Of a stretch of 64,000 nt of DNA, positions 20,915 to 31,600 are shown one piece after another (positions within the stretch are counted from its first letter, which is position 1; every line of letters starts with the position of its first letter). Both the position numbers and the translations under genes were made by a program. Source of the DNA: Alphaproteobacteria bacterium (lineage in GTDB: Bacteria > Pseudomonadota > Alphaproteobacteria > CAAHEQ01 > UBA3637); assembly GCA_045660045.1 (NCBI GenBank), contig JAZRDB010000013.1, positions 612-64,611 of the forward strand. The letters run 5' to 3'. The notes under the pieces are model-generated. The model searched no databases. It was not told the DNA's origin and worked only from the letters and a program-made list of their open reading frames with translations.

Positions 20915-21415
20915 TTAGCACCCCAAGATGTTGTGGCTAGATAGACCTAAGAAGCCATGGGTAAGGGCTATCGCAAGGGCGTCAGCAGCATCGGGTGGCA
21001 TTCCTTCGGGGACTGTCTTTAATAAAGTACGTACCATCATATCTACTTGATTCTTTTCGGCGTGTCCTACACCCGTGATTGTTTTTTTGATTTGATTTGG
21101 CGTGTATTCGCCAACTTCTAGTCCAAACAAGGCAGGTGTCATTAAAACGACGCCACGTGCTTGTCCTAACTTTAAAGTTGAAGAAGGATTTTTATTAACA
21201 AAGGTTTCTTCCACCGCGGCGGTGTCTGGTTTCCATTGTTCTATCAAGGCTTTTAACGATTCGTGTAGTTCAGTTAACCGATTCGCAAGCGGCAATTTTT
21301 CATCGGGATTGATGACGCCAGCTGCCACAAAAACAAAATGGGCGCCCTGTTTATCAACAAGACCCCATCCCGTGTGTCGTAATCCCGGATCCAACCCCAA
21401 AATCCGCATGGACAT
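20915..21415 (-). CDS. ruvC: Holliday junction resolvase RuvC
   Basis: 166 aa RNase H-like fold (MSMRILGLDPGLRHTGWGLV…). Confidence 0.9.
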   Translation of the reverse strand: MSMRILGLDPGLRHTGWGLVDKQGAHFVFVAAGVINPDEKLPLANRLTELHESLKALIEQWKPDTAAVEETFVNKNPSSTLKLGQARGVVLMTPALFGLEVGEYTPNQIKKTITGVGHAEKNQVDMMVRTLLKTVPEGMPPDAADALAIALTHGFLGLSSHNILGC

Positions 21416-21427
21416 TCTCCCCTTTTA

Positions 21428-22168
21428 TTAAAGCTGAGCCAAAATATCCTCGGCAATATCAGCGTTCGTGATCACGCGTTGCACGTCATCATCTTCATTC
21501 AAATCTTCCACAAAGCTCATCAATTTTTGAGCGGTTTCCAAATCGGTAATTGGTGTTTCCACTGTTGGTTTCCAATCGATTCGAGCCACATTTGGTGTGC
21601 CCAATTTGCTTTCAAGAGCATCCCGCACAGCACCCAAATCTTCTGGTTTACAGGTGATTTCGTGAGCTGTTTCTGTTGTTTGAACGTCGTCTGCACCCGC
21701 ATTCAAAGCTTCTTCAAACATGGCATCTGCAGTAGCAACAGCCAAAGGAAATTCCAAATAACCAATTTTTTCAAAGTTAAATAAAACTGTATCGCCAAAG
21801 GATCCGCCGCGTTTTGTGAATAAAGCCCGTAAGTTTGGTGCTGTTCTGGCGCGGTTGTCGGTTAACGCTTCCACAATAATAGCCACATGTCCGGGGCCGT
21901 ATCCTTCATAGCGTACCTCTTCATAGTTGCTTGTGTCGGCGCTTTGGCTACCTTTTGCAATAGCGCGTTCAATGTTGTCTTTTGGCATATTTTCACTGCG
22001 TGCATTTTGGATGGCCAAACGCAAACGAGGGTTGCTGTTTGGATCGGCACCACCCGTTTTAACGGCAACTGTAATTTCACGAGCGCATTTGGAAAAAACG
22101 CGCGCACGGGCTTTATCTTGAGCGCCTTTGCGGTTCATAATGTTTTTGAATTGTGAATGTCCTGACAT
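21428..22168 (-). CDS. yebC: YebC/PmpR family DNA-binding transcriptional regulator
   Basis: 246 aa beginning MSGHSQFKNIMNRKGAQDKARARVFSK…, the canonical YebC N-terminus. Confidence 0.9.
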   Translation of the reverse strand: MSGHSQFKNIMNRKGAQDKARARVFSKCAREITVAVKTGGADPNSNPRLRLAIQNARSENMPKDNIERAIAKGSQSADTSNYEEVRYEGYGPGHVAIIVEALTDNRARTAPNLRALFTKRGGSFGDTVLFNFEKIGYLEFPLAVATADAMFEEALNAGADDVQTTETAHEITCKPEDLGAVRDALESKLGTPNVARIDWKPTVETPITDLETAQKLMSFVEDLNEDDDVQRVITNADIAEDILAQL

Positions 22169-22200
22169 GTTTTTCCTTTCGTTTGAATAAGGTCATTATA

Positions 22201-23013
22201 TCATATTTTTATTGTATTTTCAAGGGTATCACCCAAAATGATGGGACGAATCGATTTTGCCTTAAAAGTTTTATTATCAATTTCTACGATAATGGCAGAC
22301 AATGTAGATGTTTCTTTGGCCGGTTCGAATCGCATCCGTTCTGTACCCAGACCAAAATGTGAAAAGGCGGTTTCTTTCGTCATACCAAGAACGGAAGTAT
22401 AATCTCCACACATCCCAACATCGGTCATATAAGCCGTTCCATTTGGCAAAAGATGCGCATCCATTGTGGGAATATGTGTGTGTGTTCCAACAACCAAAGC
22501 AGCTTTGCCATCCAAAAAATAACCCATGGCCACTTTTTCGGCAGTTGTTTCCGCATGATAATCCAAAATCAAAACATCATATTCTTTTTGATGTTCGTCA
22601 ATAAAAGATTGAATTGTTTGAAATGGATCGGCCAATTCCAGTTTGCAGTTCATGAATGCTTTGCCCAAAATTTGAACCACGCAAACGCGAATATTGTTAA
22701 TGGTAAAAATGTGGAAACCTTTGCCGGCGGTATCTTGGGGATAGTTTAAAGGGCGCACCAAAATATTGTCATTTTGCCAAATTTGTGTGATATCCATTTT
22801 GTCAAAAGTATGATTGCCCATTGTCATAACATCAACGCCAACACGTAATAATTCTTGATATGTTTTGGGCGTTAATCCCAAACCGTGAGCTGCGTTTTCA
22901 GCATTTAATATGACGGCATCTAAATGATATTTTTCTTTTAATTTTGGCACATATGTTTTGACGGCTTTTCGGCCTGACTCCCCCGAAATATCGCCACAAA
23001 ACAAAATTTTCAT
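22201..23013 (-). CDS. YmdB-like metallophosphoesterase (TIGR00282 family)
   Basis: 270 aa with calcineurin-like phosphoesterase motifs (…DAVILNAENAAHG…, …MGNH…). Confidence 0.75.
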   Translation of the reverse strand: MKILFCGDISGESGRKAVKTYVPKLKEKYHLDAVILNAENAAHGLGLTPKTYQELLRVGVDVMTMGNHTFDKMDITQIWQNDNILVRPLNYPQDTAGKGFHIFTINNIRVCVVQILGKAFMNCKLELADPFQTIQSFIDEHQKEYDVLILDYHAETTAEKVAMGYFLDGKAALVVGTHTHIPTMDAHLLPNGTAYMTDVGMCGDYTSVLGMTKETAFSHFGLGTERMRFEPAKETSTLSAIIVEIDNKTFKAKSIRPIILGDTLENTIKI

Positions 23014-23318
23014 TGTTCCAAACTTTCTGCTAATACGCCAACTTTAAGTGCTAAATTTTGAATGCTTTGTGCAATTTGATCTGTTGTTTGTTCTAACATT
23101 TGAGCGTTCGTTGCACGTTCTAAATTATGCTTTTCCTCGGCCAACAGAAGGCAAATCATGGCCAATAACTGTCCTTCCTTCATATAGCCAATGGATTTAG
23201 TTAAAGCTTCTGCTTTTTTATCCAATTGTTCGGCCAATTCACGCATATGCGCTTCTTGTCCATCGTTGCAAGAGAACTTATAAAAATTTCCGCCAATTTT
23301 CAACGATACAACGGCCAT
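23010..23318 (-). CDS. zapA: Cell division protein ZapA
   Basis: 102 aa starting MAVVSLKIGGNFYKFSCNDGQE…, the ZapA pattern, with a coiled-coil C-terminus. Confidence 0.7.
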   Translation of the reverse strand: MAVVSLKIGGNFYKFSCNDGQEAHMRELAEQLDKKAEALTKSIGYMKEGQLLAMICLLLAEEKHNLERATNAQMLEQTTDQIAQSIQNLALKVGVLAESLEQ

Positions 23319-23320
23319 TT

Positions 23321-23512
23321 TTACGCCTCCTCTTTTTGTTGATAGCGGGTCAGAGCTTTATCAATACGATCGTGTGTTTGTCGAATCACGTTTTTTAAAG
23401 TGGCGATTTCTTCGGCTGTGCGGCTGTTGTTCTTTTTGGTCGCATGCACTACCGATTCCAAACGCAAAACGGATTGTTCCAAGTTGGTAATGGCTTGTTT
23501 AATCTGTTCCAT
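23321..23512 (-). CDS. Small coiled-coil protein (ZapB/DUF4164-like)
   Basis: 63 aa helical protein immediately upstream of zapA, a conserved pairing in alphaproteobacteria. Confidence 0.45.
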   Translation of the reverse strand: MEQIKQAITNLEQSVLRLESVVHATKKNNSRTAEEIATLKNVIRQTHDRIDKALTRYQQKEEA

Positions 23513-23594
23513 TAATAGCTCTCCTTTATTCTTTGATTAGCATACCAGATTTTAATGTGTACGTCCAGAAAAAAACTGTGTTTTTAAAAAAATC

Positions 23595-23623
23595 TTGTTT
23601 ATTTTTTGAAAAATCTTTACAAT
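23595..23623 (+). promoter_or_regulatory. Candidate sigma70 promoter for ybaB-recR (TTGTTT-17-TACAAT)
   Basis: -35 at 23595-23600 and -10 at 23618-23623, about 27 nt upstream of the ybaB ATG. Confidence 0.4.
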
Positions 23624-23649
23624 ATGAACATAAACAGAAAGGAATAAAA

Positions 23650-23973
23650 ATGAAAAATATTGGTGAATTGATGGCAAAAGCTCAAAAAGTGCAATCTCAG
23701 ATGACGATTTTGCAATCAAAAATGGAACAACAAGAATTTTCTGGCGAAGCGGCTAATGGCGCTGTGAAAATTGTCATGACAGGAAAGGGTGTTCCAGTTT
23801 CTGTTAAATTGGATAAGTCCGTTGTGACGCCTGATGATGTAGAAACATTGGAAGATTTGATGGTGGTCGCGTTGCAAAATGTGCGCGATAATATCGATGG
23901 CTATATGATGTCTGAGATGGAAAAAATGCAAGCTTCTTTGGGTTTGCCACCAGGATTTAAATTGCCGTTCTAA
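23650..23973 (+). CDS. ybaB: Nucleoid-associated protein YbaB/EbfC
   Basis: 107 aa from the internal ATG at 23650 (MKNIGELMAKAQKVQSQM…GLPPGFKLPF), the canonical YbaB sequence. The ORF track starts earlier at 23533. Confidence 0.9.
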   Translation: MKNIGELMAKAQKVQSQMTILQSKMEQQEFSGEAANGAVKIVMTGKGVPVSVKLDKSVVTPDDVETLEDLMVVALQNVRDNIDGYMMSEMEKMQASLGLPPGFKLPF

Positions 23974-24566
23974 TGTCTGCACCACAAATTGAACACTTAA
24001 TTCAATTGTTATCGCGGTTGCCGGGGTTCGGCCCTCGGTCAGCTAGACGGGGTGTCTTGTTTTTGATGGATAAAAAAGAGAGTCATCTTTTGCCGCTGAT
24101 TCAGGCCATGCAAGAGGTGGCAGATCATGTGAAAGTATGTCCGATTTGCGGCAATATGGATACCGAAACCCCCTGCAGTATTTGCACCAATTCCAAGCGA
24201 GATGGAGGTCAAATTTGCGTGGTGGAAGATGTCGCCGATTTGTGGGCGCTGGAAAGAGCTGGCTTATTCAAGGGGCATTACCATGTGTTGGGAGGTGTGT
24301 TATCCGCATTGGATGGTGTTGGGCCAGACGAGTTAAAGATTGAAGGCTTGATGTCGCGGGTGCAATCGGGAAATGTTCAGGAAGTGATTTTGGCTTTGCC
24401 TACGACAGTGGATGGGCAAACAACGGTTCATTATTTGGCCGAACGATTGGCAAAGTATCCTGTTAAAGTGACAACGCTTTCCCGTGGGGTACCGTTGGGC
24501 GGCGAGTTGGATTACCTAGACGACGGGACAATTCAAATGGCCTTTAAATCGCGCCGAGATGTGTAA
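23973..24566 (+). CDS. recR: Recombination protein RecR
   Basis: 197 aa with a C4 zinc finger (CPICGNMDTETPCSIC) and a Toprim domain. The start overlaps the ybaB stop. Confidence 0.95.
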   Translation: MSAPQIEHLIQLLSRLPGFGPRSARRGVLFLMDKKESHLLPLIQAMQEVADHVKVCPICGNMDTETPCSICTNSKRDGGQICVVEDVADLWALERAGLFKGHYHVLGGVLSALDGVGPDELKIEGLMSRVQSGNVQEVILALPTTVDGQTTVHYLAERLAKYPVKVTTLSRGVPLGGELDYLDDGTIQMAFKSRRDV

Positions 24567-24608
24567 AGTTATCTTGCTTTTTGGCATAAAATCCGCTATA
24601 ATCAGCCT

Positions 24609-26396
24609 ATGACAGATTTATCGCATATTCGTAATTTTTCTATTGTGGCACATATTGATCATGGTAAATCCACTTTGGCGGATCGTCTGATTCAAAAATG
24701 TGGAGCTGTCTCTGATCGTGAAATGAAAGCTCAGATTTTGGACAATATGGATATTGAACGTGAGCGAGGGATTACCATCAAAGCACAAACCGTGCGCTTG
24801 AAATACGGCGATTATATTTTGAATTTAATTGACACACCAGGGCATGTGGATTTTGGTTATGAGGTCAGTCGTTCTTTGCATGCTTGTGAAGGGTCATTAT
24901 TAGTGGTGGATGCCACTCAAGGTGTGGAGGCACAAACTCTGGCCAATGTGTATAAAGCATTGGACGCGAATCATGAAATTGTGCCTGTGATTAACAAAAT
25001 TGATTTACCAGCTGCCGATCCAGACAGAGTCAAAAAACAAATTGAGGATGTGATTGGATTGGATACAACGGGGGCGCCCCTTATTTCTGCCAAAACGGGC
25101 ATTGGCATCGATGAAGTTTTGGACGCAATTGTGAAGCGGTTGCCGGCACCGATAGGGGATGTAAATGCACCATTAAAAGCCATGTTGGTGGATTCGTGGT
25201 TTGATCCATATTTAGGCATTGTGGTGATGGTGCGTGTGGTGGATGGCGCCTTAAGGAAAAATGATCAGATTCAATTTATGTCTACGGGCGCTTGTTATAA
25301 GGTGGAACGACTTGGTTATTTCACGCCTAAAATGCAAGATTCGGACAGTATCACTGCTGGTGAATTGGGCTTTGTGATTTGCGGTGTGAAAACAATTGGC
25401 GAAACAAAAGTTGGTGATACGATTACACACGAAAAAAATCCGTGCAAGGAAGCTTTACCAGGATTTAAGCCAAGCCAAAGTGTGGTGTTCTGTTCTATGT
25501 TCCCTGTGGATATGAGCGATTACGAGGCGTTAAAAGAGGCGATTGGTAAATTGCAATTAAATGATGCTAGTTTCCAATTTACGCCTGATAAATCTATGGC
25601 ATTGGGCCAAGGTTTCCGTTGTGGTTTCTTGGGGCTATTACACATGGAAATTATTCAAGAGCGTTTATCCCGTGAGTTTAATTTGGATTTAATTACAACC
25701 GCGCCATCTGTGGCGTATAAGGTCTATAAGACAAATGGGGAAATGTTGGTGATGCATAATCCCGCCGATATGCCAGATGTGACGACCATTTCCAAGATTG
25801 AAGAGCCATGGGTAAAAGCGACGATTTTAACGCCAGATGAATATTTGGGCAGTATTTTACAGCTTTGCACAGAACGTCGTGGCGAGCAATTGGATTTGAC
25901 CTATGTTGGCAATCGTGCGATGGCGGTATATCGCCTGCCTTTAAATGAAATTGTGTTTGATTTTTATGATCGCCTAAAATCCATTTCGCGTGGGTATGCC
26001 AGCTTTGATTACGAGGTGGATGATTATCGTGCCTCTGATTTGGTGCGTGTGAATATTTTGGTGCATGGAGAGCAAGTGGATGCGTTGGCTTTCCTTGTTC
26101 ACAGATCACAGGCGGAACGCCGTGGGCGGCAAATCTGCGCGCGACTGAAAGACCTGATTCCTCGTCATCAATTCAAGATTCCAATTCAGGCCAGTATTGG
26201 TGGTAAAATTATTGCCCGTGAAGATATTTCCGCTTACCGAAAAGATGTGACGGCCAAATGTTATGGTGGTGATATTACGCGTAAGCGCAAACTGCTTGAA
26301 AAACAAAAAGAGGGCAAAAAGCGCATGCGTCAATTTGGAGAAGTAGAGATTCCACAAAATGCCTTTATTGAAGCCCTTAAAATTGGGGAAGAATAA
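24609..26396 (+). CDS. lepA: Elongation factor 4 (LepA)
   Basis: 595 aa translational GTPase ([27 protein letters not shown]) with the LepA-specific C-terminal domain. Confidence 0.95.
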   Translation: MTDLSHIRNFSIVAHIDHGKSTLADRLIQKCGAVSDREMKAQILDNMDIERERGITIKAQTVRLKYGDYILNLIDTPGHVDFGYEVSRSLHACEGSLLVVDATQGVEAQTLANVYKALDANHEIVPVINKIDLPAADPDRVKKQIEDVIGLDTTGAPLISAKTGIGIDEVLDAIVKRLPAPIGDVNAPLKAMLVDSWFDPYLGIVVMVRVVDGALRKNDQIQFMSTGACYKVERLGYFTPKMQDSDSITAGELGFVICGVKTIGETKVGDTITHEKNPCKEALPGFKPSQSVVFCSMFPVDMSDYEALKEAIGKLQLNDASFQFTPDKSMALGQGFRCGFLGLLHMEIIQERLSREFNLDLITTAPSVAYKVYKTNGEMLVMHNPADMPDVTTISKIEEPWVKATILTPDEYLGSILQLCTERRGEQLDLTYVGNRAMAVYRLPLNEIVFDFYDRLKSISRGYASFDYEVDDYRASDLVRVNILVHGEQVDALAFLVHRSQAERRGRQICARLKDLIPRHQFKIPIQASIGGKIIAREDISAYRKDVTAKCYGGDITRKRKLLEKQKEGKKRMRQFGEVEIPQNAFIEALKIGEE

Positions 26397-26869
26397 TGCA
26401 TTTATTTTATAACTATGCGCCAAAGGAAGCAGACGTGTTAAATACAGGCCTTTTGTCGCCGGTTAGGGCGCCGCGTTTGGCTCTGGCACATTATTTTGGG
26501 CGTGCACAAACGAACACAAAAAAAGGGGTCTTGGCATATTTAGAAACAGTTTTTCCTGGACGTAGCTGTGCAATTTCTTTCTTGACCAGCCCCATGACCG
26601 AAAAATGCTGCTTTTATAATGACTTTAAAAAGGATCGTGTTCTATACAGCATTGATTTTGATAAGTTGCAAAAAGCCGGTTTAATTAAAGCCATTTATCG
26701 TGTTGTGGGAAAACCCTGTACAAAGATTACAGCTGATCAAATTTTGTGGGATGAAAAATTACCGTGGGAAAAAGTTGGCAAAGGATTGATCTTTAGTAAA
26801 ATTCCCCATTATATGGTGGTGTTAAAAGATGGTTTCGTGCCACCCGAATTTGTTATACAATGCCGTTAA
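26396..26869 (+). CDS. Hypothetical protein
   Basis: 157 aa ORF whose start overlaps the lepA stop. No recognisable motifs. Confidence 0.35.
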   Translation: MHLFYNYAPKEADVLNTGLLSPVRAPRLALAHYFGRAQTNTKKGVLAYLETVFPGRSCAISFLTSPMTEKCCFYNDFKKDRVLYSIDFDKLQKAGLIKAIYRVVGKPCTKITADQILWDEKLPWEKVGKGLIFSKIPHYMVVLKDGFVPPEFVIQCR

Positions 26870-26872
26870 TAT

Positions 26873-27712
26873 TTAAAATTGATGTTTAACGATATTGACC
26901 ATATTAGACATGATCATGGCGACGGTCATAGGACCAACGCCCCCTGGAACTGGGGTTAACCACCCCGCACGCCCCATCACAGAGGCGGCATCCACGTCGC
27001 CCGCAATTCGATTGTCAGCCGTTCGAGAAATGCCAACGTCGACAACAATGGCGCCTTCCTTAACAAAGTCGCGTTTGATTAATCCTGGGACGCCTGTTGC
27101 AGAAACCAAAATATCTGCATGGGCACATAACTCCATCAAATTTTGTGTTTTACTGTGTGCTTGAGATACGGTGCAGTTTTCGTTTAAGAGGAGTTGTGCC
27201 ATGGGACGACCCACAAGTCGAGAGCGCCCCACCACCACTGCGTTAAGCCCAGTTAAGTCGGTACGTGCTTGCTGGATTAAACGTAAACACCCTAATGGTG
27301 TGCAGGGTAAAATTGTGGGGTGACCGGTCATTAATCCGCCCTGATTTTTACTGGTCAATCCGTCGACATCTTTGGAGGGGCTAATTGCCTCAATGACAGC
27401 ATTTGTGTCAATGTGTTTTGGGAGAGGCAGTTGCACAAGAATTCCATCAACAGACGGCGTATCATTTAATTGTTGGATAAAATGTATGAGTTCATCTGTG
27501 GTGGCGTGTTCCGATATTTTGTGAACTACGGTTTGAATGCCAATTGCCTCGGCAACTTTTGTTTTCATGTTGACATAAATTGTACTGGCAGGATTTTCCC
27601 CTACATATATAACATTTAAGCATGGAATGTGCGACAAATGACGCACTTCTTCTTTTAAGTTTTGGTGTATTTGGTTTGCTAATAAACGTCCATCTAATCT
27701 TATTGTATCCAT
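26873..27712 (-). CDS. folD: Bifunctional methylenetetrahydrofolate dehydrogenase/cyclohydrolase
   Basis: 279 aa with FolD motifs (…VGENPASTIYV…, GRSRLVGRPMA…, PVPGGVGPMTVAM). Confidence 0.9.
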   Translation of the reverse strand: MDTIRLDGRLLANQIHQNLKEEVRHLSHIPCLNVIYVGENPASTIYVNMKTKVAEAIGIQTVVHKISEHATTDELIHFIQQLNDTPSVDGILVQLPLPKHIDTNAVIEAISPSKDVDGLTSKNQGGLMTGHPTILPCTPLGCLRLIQQARTDLTGLNAVVVGRSRLVGRPMAQLLLNENCTVSQAHSKTQNLMELCAHADILVSATGVPGLIKRDFVKEGAIVVDVGISRTADNRIAGDVDAASVMGRAGWLTPVPGGVGPMTVAMIMSNMVNIVKHQF

Positions 27713-27714
27713 AG

Positions 27715-28605
27715 TTATTCCTTCTTTTCAATAATGGAGCGGCGCATAGCTTCGGCCAATAAACGGCGAGAAAGTACGTCTAATTGCTCCATTTCCATTT
27801 GTGTTTTTAACTGTTCTTTAGATGGCATAACCTGTTGAGATCGCACGTTACACTTCATCATTACAAGAACGCCATTTGGGGAACGTAATGGTCCCACTGT
27901 TTCTCCTACTGCAATATCTTTTAAAAGTTCGCGCAATTCAGGTGGCATTTGGCCTGGATCTGTCCAACCGCGCTGAGCGGATTCTGGATAGGGGCCAATT
28001 TTGATATGTTCCAAAAAAGCATCGCAATCTTTTGATTCCAGGGTGGTAGACACGTCTACATCTTCGGAGAACACACCTTGAGCCATTTCCCAGAGGGTAA
28101 GGTTGTCGCCTTCTATTCCTTGTTTCTTGAGTTCATTTTTCATTGCTTGATAGCGTTTGTTGACAGCCAAATTTGAGATGTTGATGTTTTGGCCCTTACT
28201 GTGCAAATATTGCAACCACAAAAGATCGGATTCTAGCTGTGCGTGTAAAGCTTTTTCTGAAACATTATTTTTCTTTAATACATTAGATAATGAGCCTGCG
28301 GGTAAATCATTTTGTTGTTCCAAATGCGCCTTTGCACGATTGATTTCTTGTTCGGATATTTTTAAGCCGGCAGCGGTGGCTGTTTGTTTCTTAACTGCAG
28401 ATTCAATAATAGCTTCCAATGCCTCTTTGTTTAGCTTGGCATTGGACATAGTCCCATATTTGGTGGGTTGTTGAAATTTAAGCAACTGTGCCCAATGATG
28501 CACATCTAAATCAGAAATAGGATTATCATTCACTGTTGCTTTTAATTCCATGCATAAAGCAGGCAGTGTATGCAACATCAATATAATCAAAAACAGGTAT
28601 CTCAC
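27715..28605 (-). CDS. surA: SurA-like periplasmic chaperone / peptidyl-prolyl isomerase
   Basis: 296 aa with a signal peptide and a SurA N-terminal-like domain. It sits directly downstream of lptD, the conserved lptD-surA order. Confidence 0.55.
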   Translation of the reverse strand: MRYLFLIILMLHTLPALCMELKATVNDNPISDLDVHHWAQLLKFQQPTKYGTMSNAKLNKEALEAIIESAVKKQTATAAGLKISEQEINRAKAHLEQQNDLPAGSLSNVLKKNNVSEKALHAQLESDLLWLQYLHSKGQNINISNLAVNKRYQAMKNELKKQGIEGDNLTLWEMAQGVFSEDVDVSTTLESKDCDAFLEHIKIGPYPESAQRGWTDPGQMPPELRELLKDIAVGETVGPLRSPNGVLVMMKCNVRSQQVMPSKEQLKTQMEMEQLDVLSRRLLAEAMRRSIIEKKE

Positions 28606-31600
28606 TGGCCAATCCCTCCTAATGTTTTCAAAAAGATTTTAAACATAAATGACGTACTACCTTTATAGTTTCTATCTCTGGCGTATGATTTATCCAGGTC
28701 AAAAATCAATGCAGTGCATTCATTATCATAGCGCAATTGAATTCCATATTCAATAGGTCCGCCTTCCTTTTTCAAATTATATCGATAATTTCCCGAAATT
28801 TGCCAGTTTTTTGAAAGCTTAGAATTGGCCCAAAAACGAATTTCATTTTCTTCACGATAATGTTTATTGTCCAATTCATAGGATCCTTGGTACAAATAAT
28901 TGAGGCCGACTCTGAATGGATTTGCGCCAACAGATACGCCAATATCATTGCGACGCTTGGCAAGATTTTCGCGATTTAAACGGAAACGATAAGTAAAAGA
29001 CAAATATTGATAATTCATATGAATGCGACCGATATAATCGGATAAGTGATTGCTATATCCCATGACGTCACTCATTTCTTCTGTATCATGGAAACGATAT
29101 GTTTGTCCCAACAACAAGGACAAAGAACGATTTTGTGCAGAGTTATGATAAGCCGTCCATTGAAAACCATAGTTCAGGCGAGAGCCCGTTTCTACACGAT
29201 CATAGCCCGCAAATCGGTTTTCTGAAAAAAGATTGGTATCATCAAAGTCAAAAATCGTACTGTCAATATTGGGAATATCTGTTGAGTTTTTTGTATTTGG
29301 TGACAATACCAGCATGATAATGGGTTCTAAAATTTGTGTGGTCGACTCTGTTTGCATGGCTAATGGATAACTTACTTTTGTGCTGGCCACAGAATAAAAA
29401 CGTCCCTTATTATAGGTGTCTTCATTGTGTTTGGAGATAAGGGTGCGCTTGCCCGTATTTAACGCATATCCATCCAAACGGACGCTGGCATTTGTATCGG
29501 TGACAAGACCAAACGGTGTAATATAGGGTAACGAAAGCCCCTGGGTTAAAGAAATACGATCGGACTTAAAATTTTCACGGGTATTATATATGGCGCCATT
29601 TACCTTTGTGAAGGCAAAAAGAGGTGTATCGGCAATAGGAGCCGTATTATATGCCATGTCTAAAGTAGGAATGACGACAGGGATCGATTTGGAACTGATA
29701 CCATTGACCAAACTTTGAAAATGCCATGCTTTGGCACGTGTGTAAAAACGTGTGCCAAAATATTCACCTGTTAAATGAGACTGCAAAAAGGACTCTGAAT
29801 CGTTGATGCCTTCGATACCATAACGGCGGAAATAGGTGTCACTGAGTGTTCGAAAATATTGTCCCGTTAAACGGATTTTATTTGTGATATCGTATTCGAA
29901 ATTTGTTTTGATGTGCCCCTCATTTTTGCTTTTATCATCTTGTGTGCCGCTGAGTTGTAACTTGACGGCGCCGCGAGTAAAACGAGCATTATAATCAATC
30001 ATGCCTAAAGGAACATGCCTAGATGACCAAATAGGTGCCAGTAAAAGATTTTGATTGTCCGCTAAATTGATAAAGAAAGGAGTTTCAATCGAAAAACCCA
30101 TTTCGCGGCTATGTTGAAAGCTTGGATATAATAATCCAGTTTTGCGTTTGATGGTTAAATCTGGTATTTGAAAATAGGGAAAATAAAGAATGGGAACATC
30201 TTGAATATCAAAAAACATGTGAGTAAAAGATATTGTATGATCTGAAAAATCTTGCGTTACCTTTTTTGCGTCTATTTTCCATAAAGGTGCCTCATCTTCG
30301 CACATGTTGCACGGGGTGTAAGAAGCATTTTGAAGGACGATTAAATGGCCGTTTTTTGTGGTAACCATGTGATTTGCGCCCAAATAGGTGCCGTCCGTGA
30401 ACTGTCCCGTTAATGTATTGGCTTTAGCTTCGGATCTACGAGGATATAAAACCATGTTTTGAACTGTTGATCTGGTGCCATCTGGCAATTTTAGTTTAAC
30501 GGTTTGGGGAATTGTGACTTCATCTTTTCCCTTGTTGTATAAAATGCGGTCGGTCTTCATCTGAATATTGTTTTGTGTTAATGTCACATCACCGGATGCT
30601 GTTAAAATCCCCGTTTTGATGTTATAATTCATATTATCAGCTTCAAACTGAATGGGTTGGTTTTTTGTTGCATCCACTTCTTTAAGATCGAGCTTGGGCA
30701 TGGCGTGTGTTGGCATGGTAAAACTTAATGAAATTAATATCGCCAGATGAATCCATCCTATCCGTTTTTCTTTGAATAAAACAAGGTAAAGCACAACCAA
30801 GGGAATAAACAAATTGGCAGCCATAAGACCTAGTCCCCACAAATTGCGCACGGCGATGTTTTCAAATGCAAGAGAAAAGGATTGAATTAATAGCGCCGCT
30901 ATGATGACGGCATTAATTTGTTTTGATTGTCCACGTCGGTTATAAAATCCACGTAAGGTACCAAAGGCAGCCAACCACAAGAAAACTAAATTATACAGGG
31001 GCTGAGTTAGACGTTTAAAGGCTTCTACTTTATATTTTCTGTAGATTAAACCATTGACTTCTTTGGGAGTGGTAGATAATAATTGTTTGAGTGATATTTC
31101 GTCTGGGTTAGGTTTTCGAGGTGATGTTCCTTGTTTGTCGATAAAAGGTATGGTATATTTATCAAATTTAAGCACAGAAAATTGGTGTGAGTTGGGTTGA
31201 AATTCTTGTCGTGTTCCTTTGTTGAAGGTTAAACTAATACCGTCTGGAGTTTGAAGCATTGTGCCTTCTTCTGCAATTAGGACAGATCGTTTGTCTTGTT
31301 TGAGTTCATAAACCAAAATATCTTTTACTTTACCTAATTCTTCTCGTTCTTTAATATACAGGGTTACACCATTTTTTAAAGAATTAAACTGTCCCTCTTG
31401 TACTAATAAATGCGACAAATTATTTCGAATTTTCCATCTCATTTCTCTGAGATGTGAATAAGATGTGGGGATAATCCATAGTGTTAAGAGGTAACCAAAG
31501 AAAACTAAAAATATTCCTAACATCAATAAAGGACGGGCCAATTGTTTGCTGCTCATCCCGACAGCCTTCAAGACAATCAATTCTTTATCTGATTGCATAC

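Noticed and set aside
24569-24611. Apparent -10 box TATAAT (24597-24602) only 6 nt upstream of the lepA ATG, suggesting a leaderless transcript
   Set aside because: The -35 is weak (TTGCTT, 16-nt spacer). lepA is co-directional and 42 nt downstream of recR, so co-transcription is more parsimonious. Kept as an unverified possibility.
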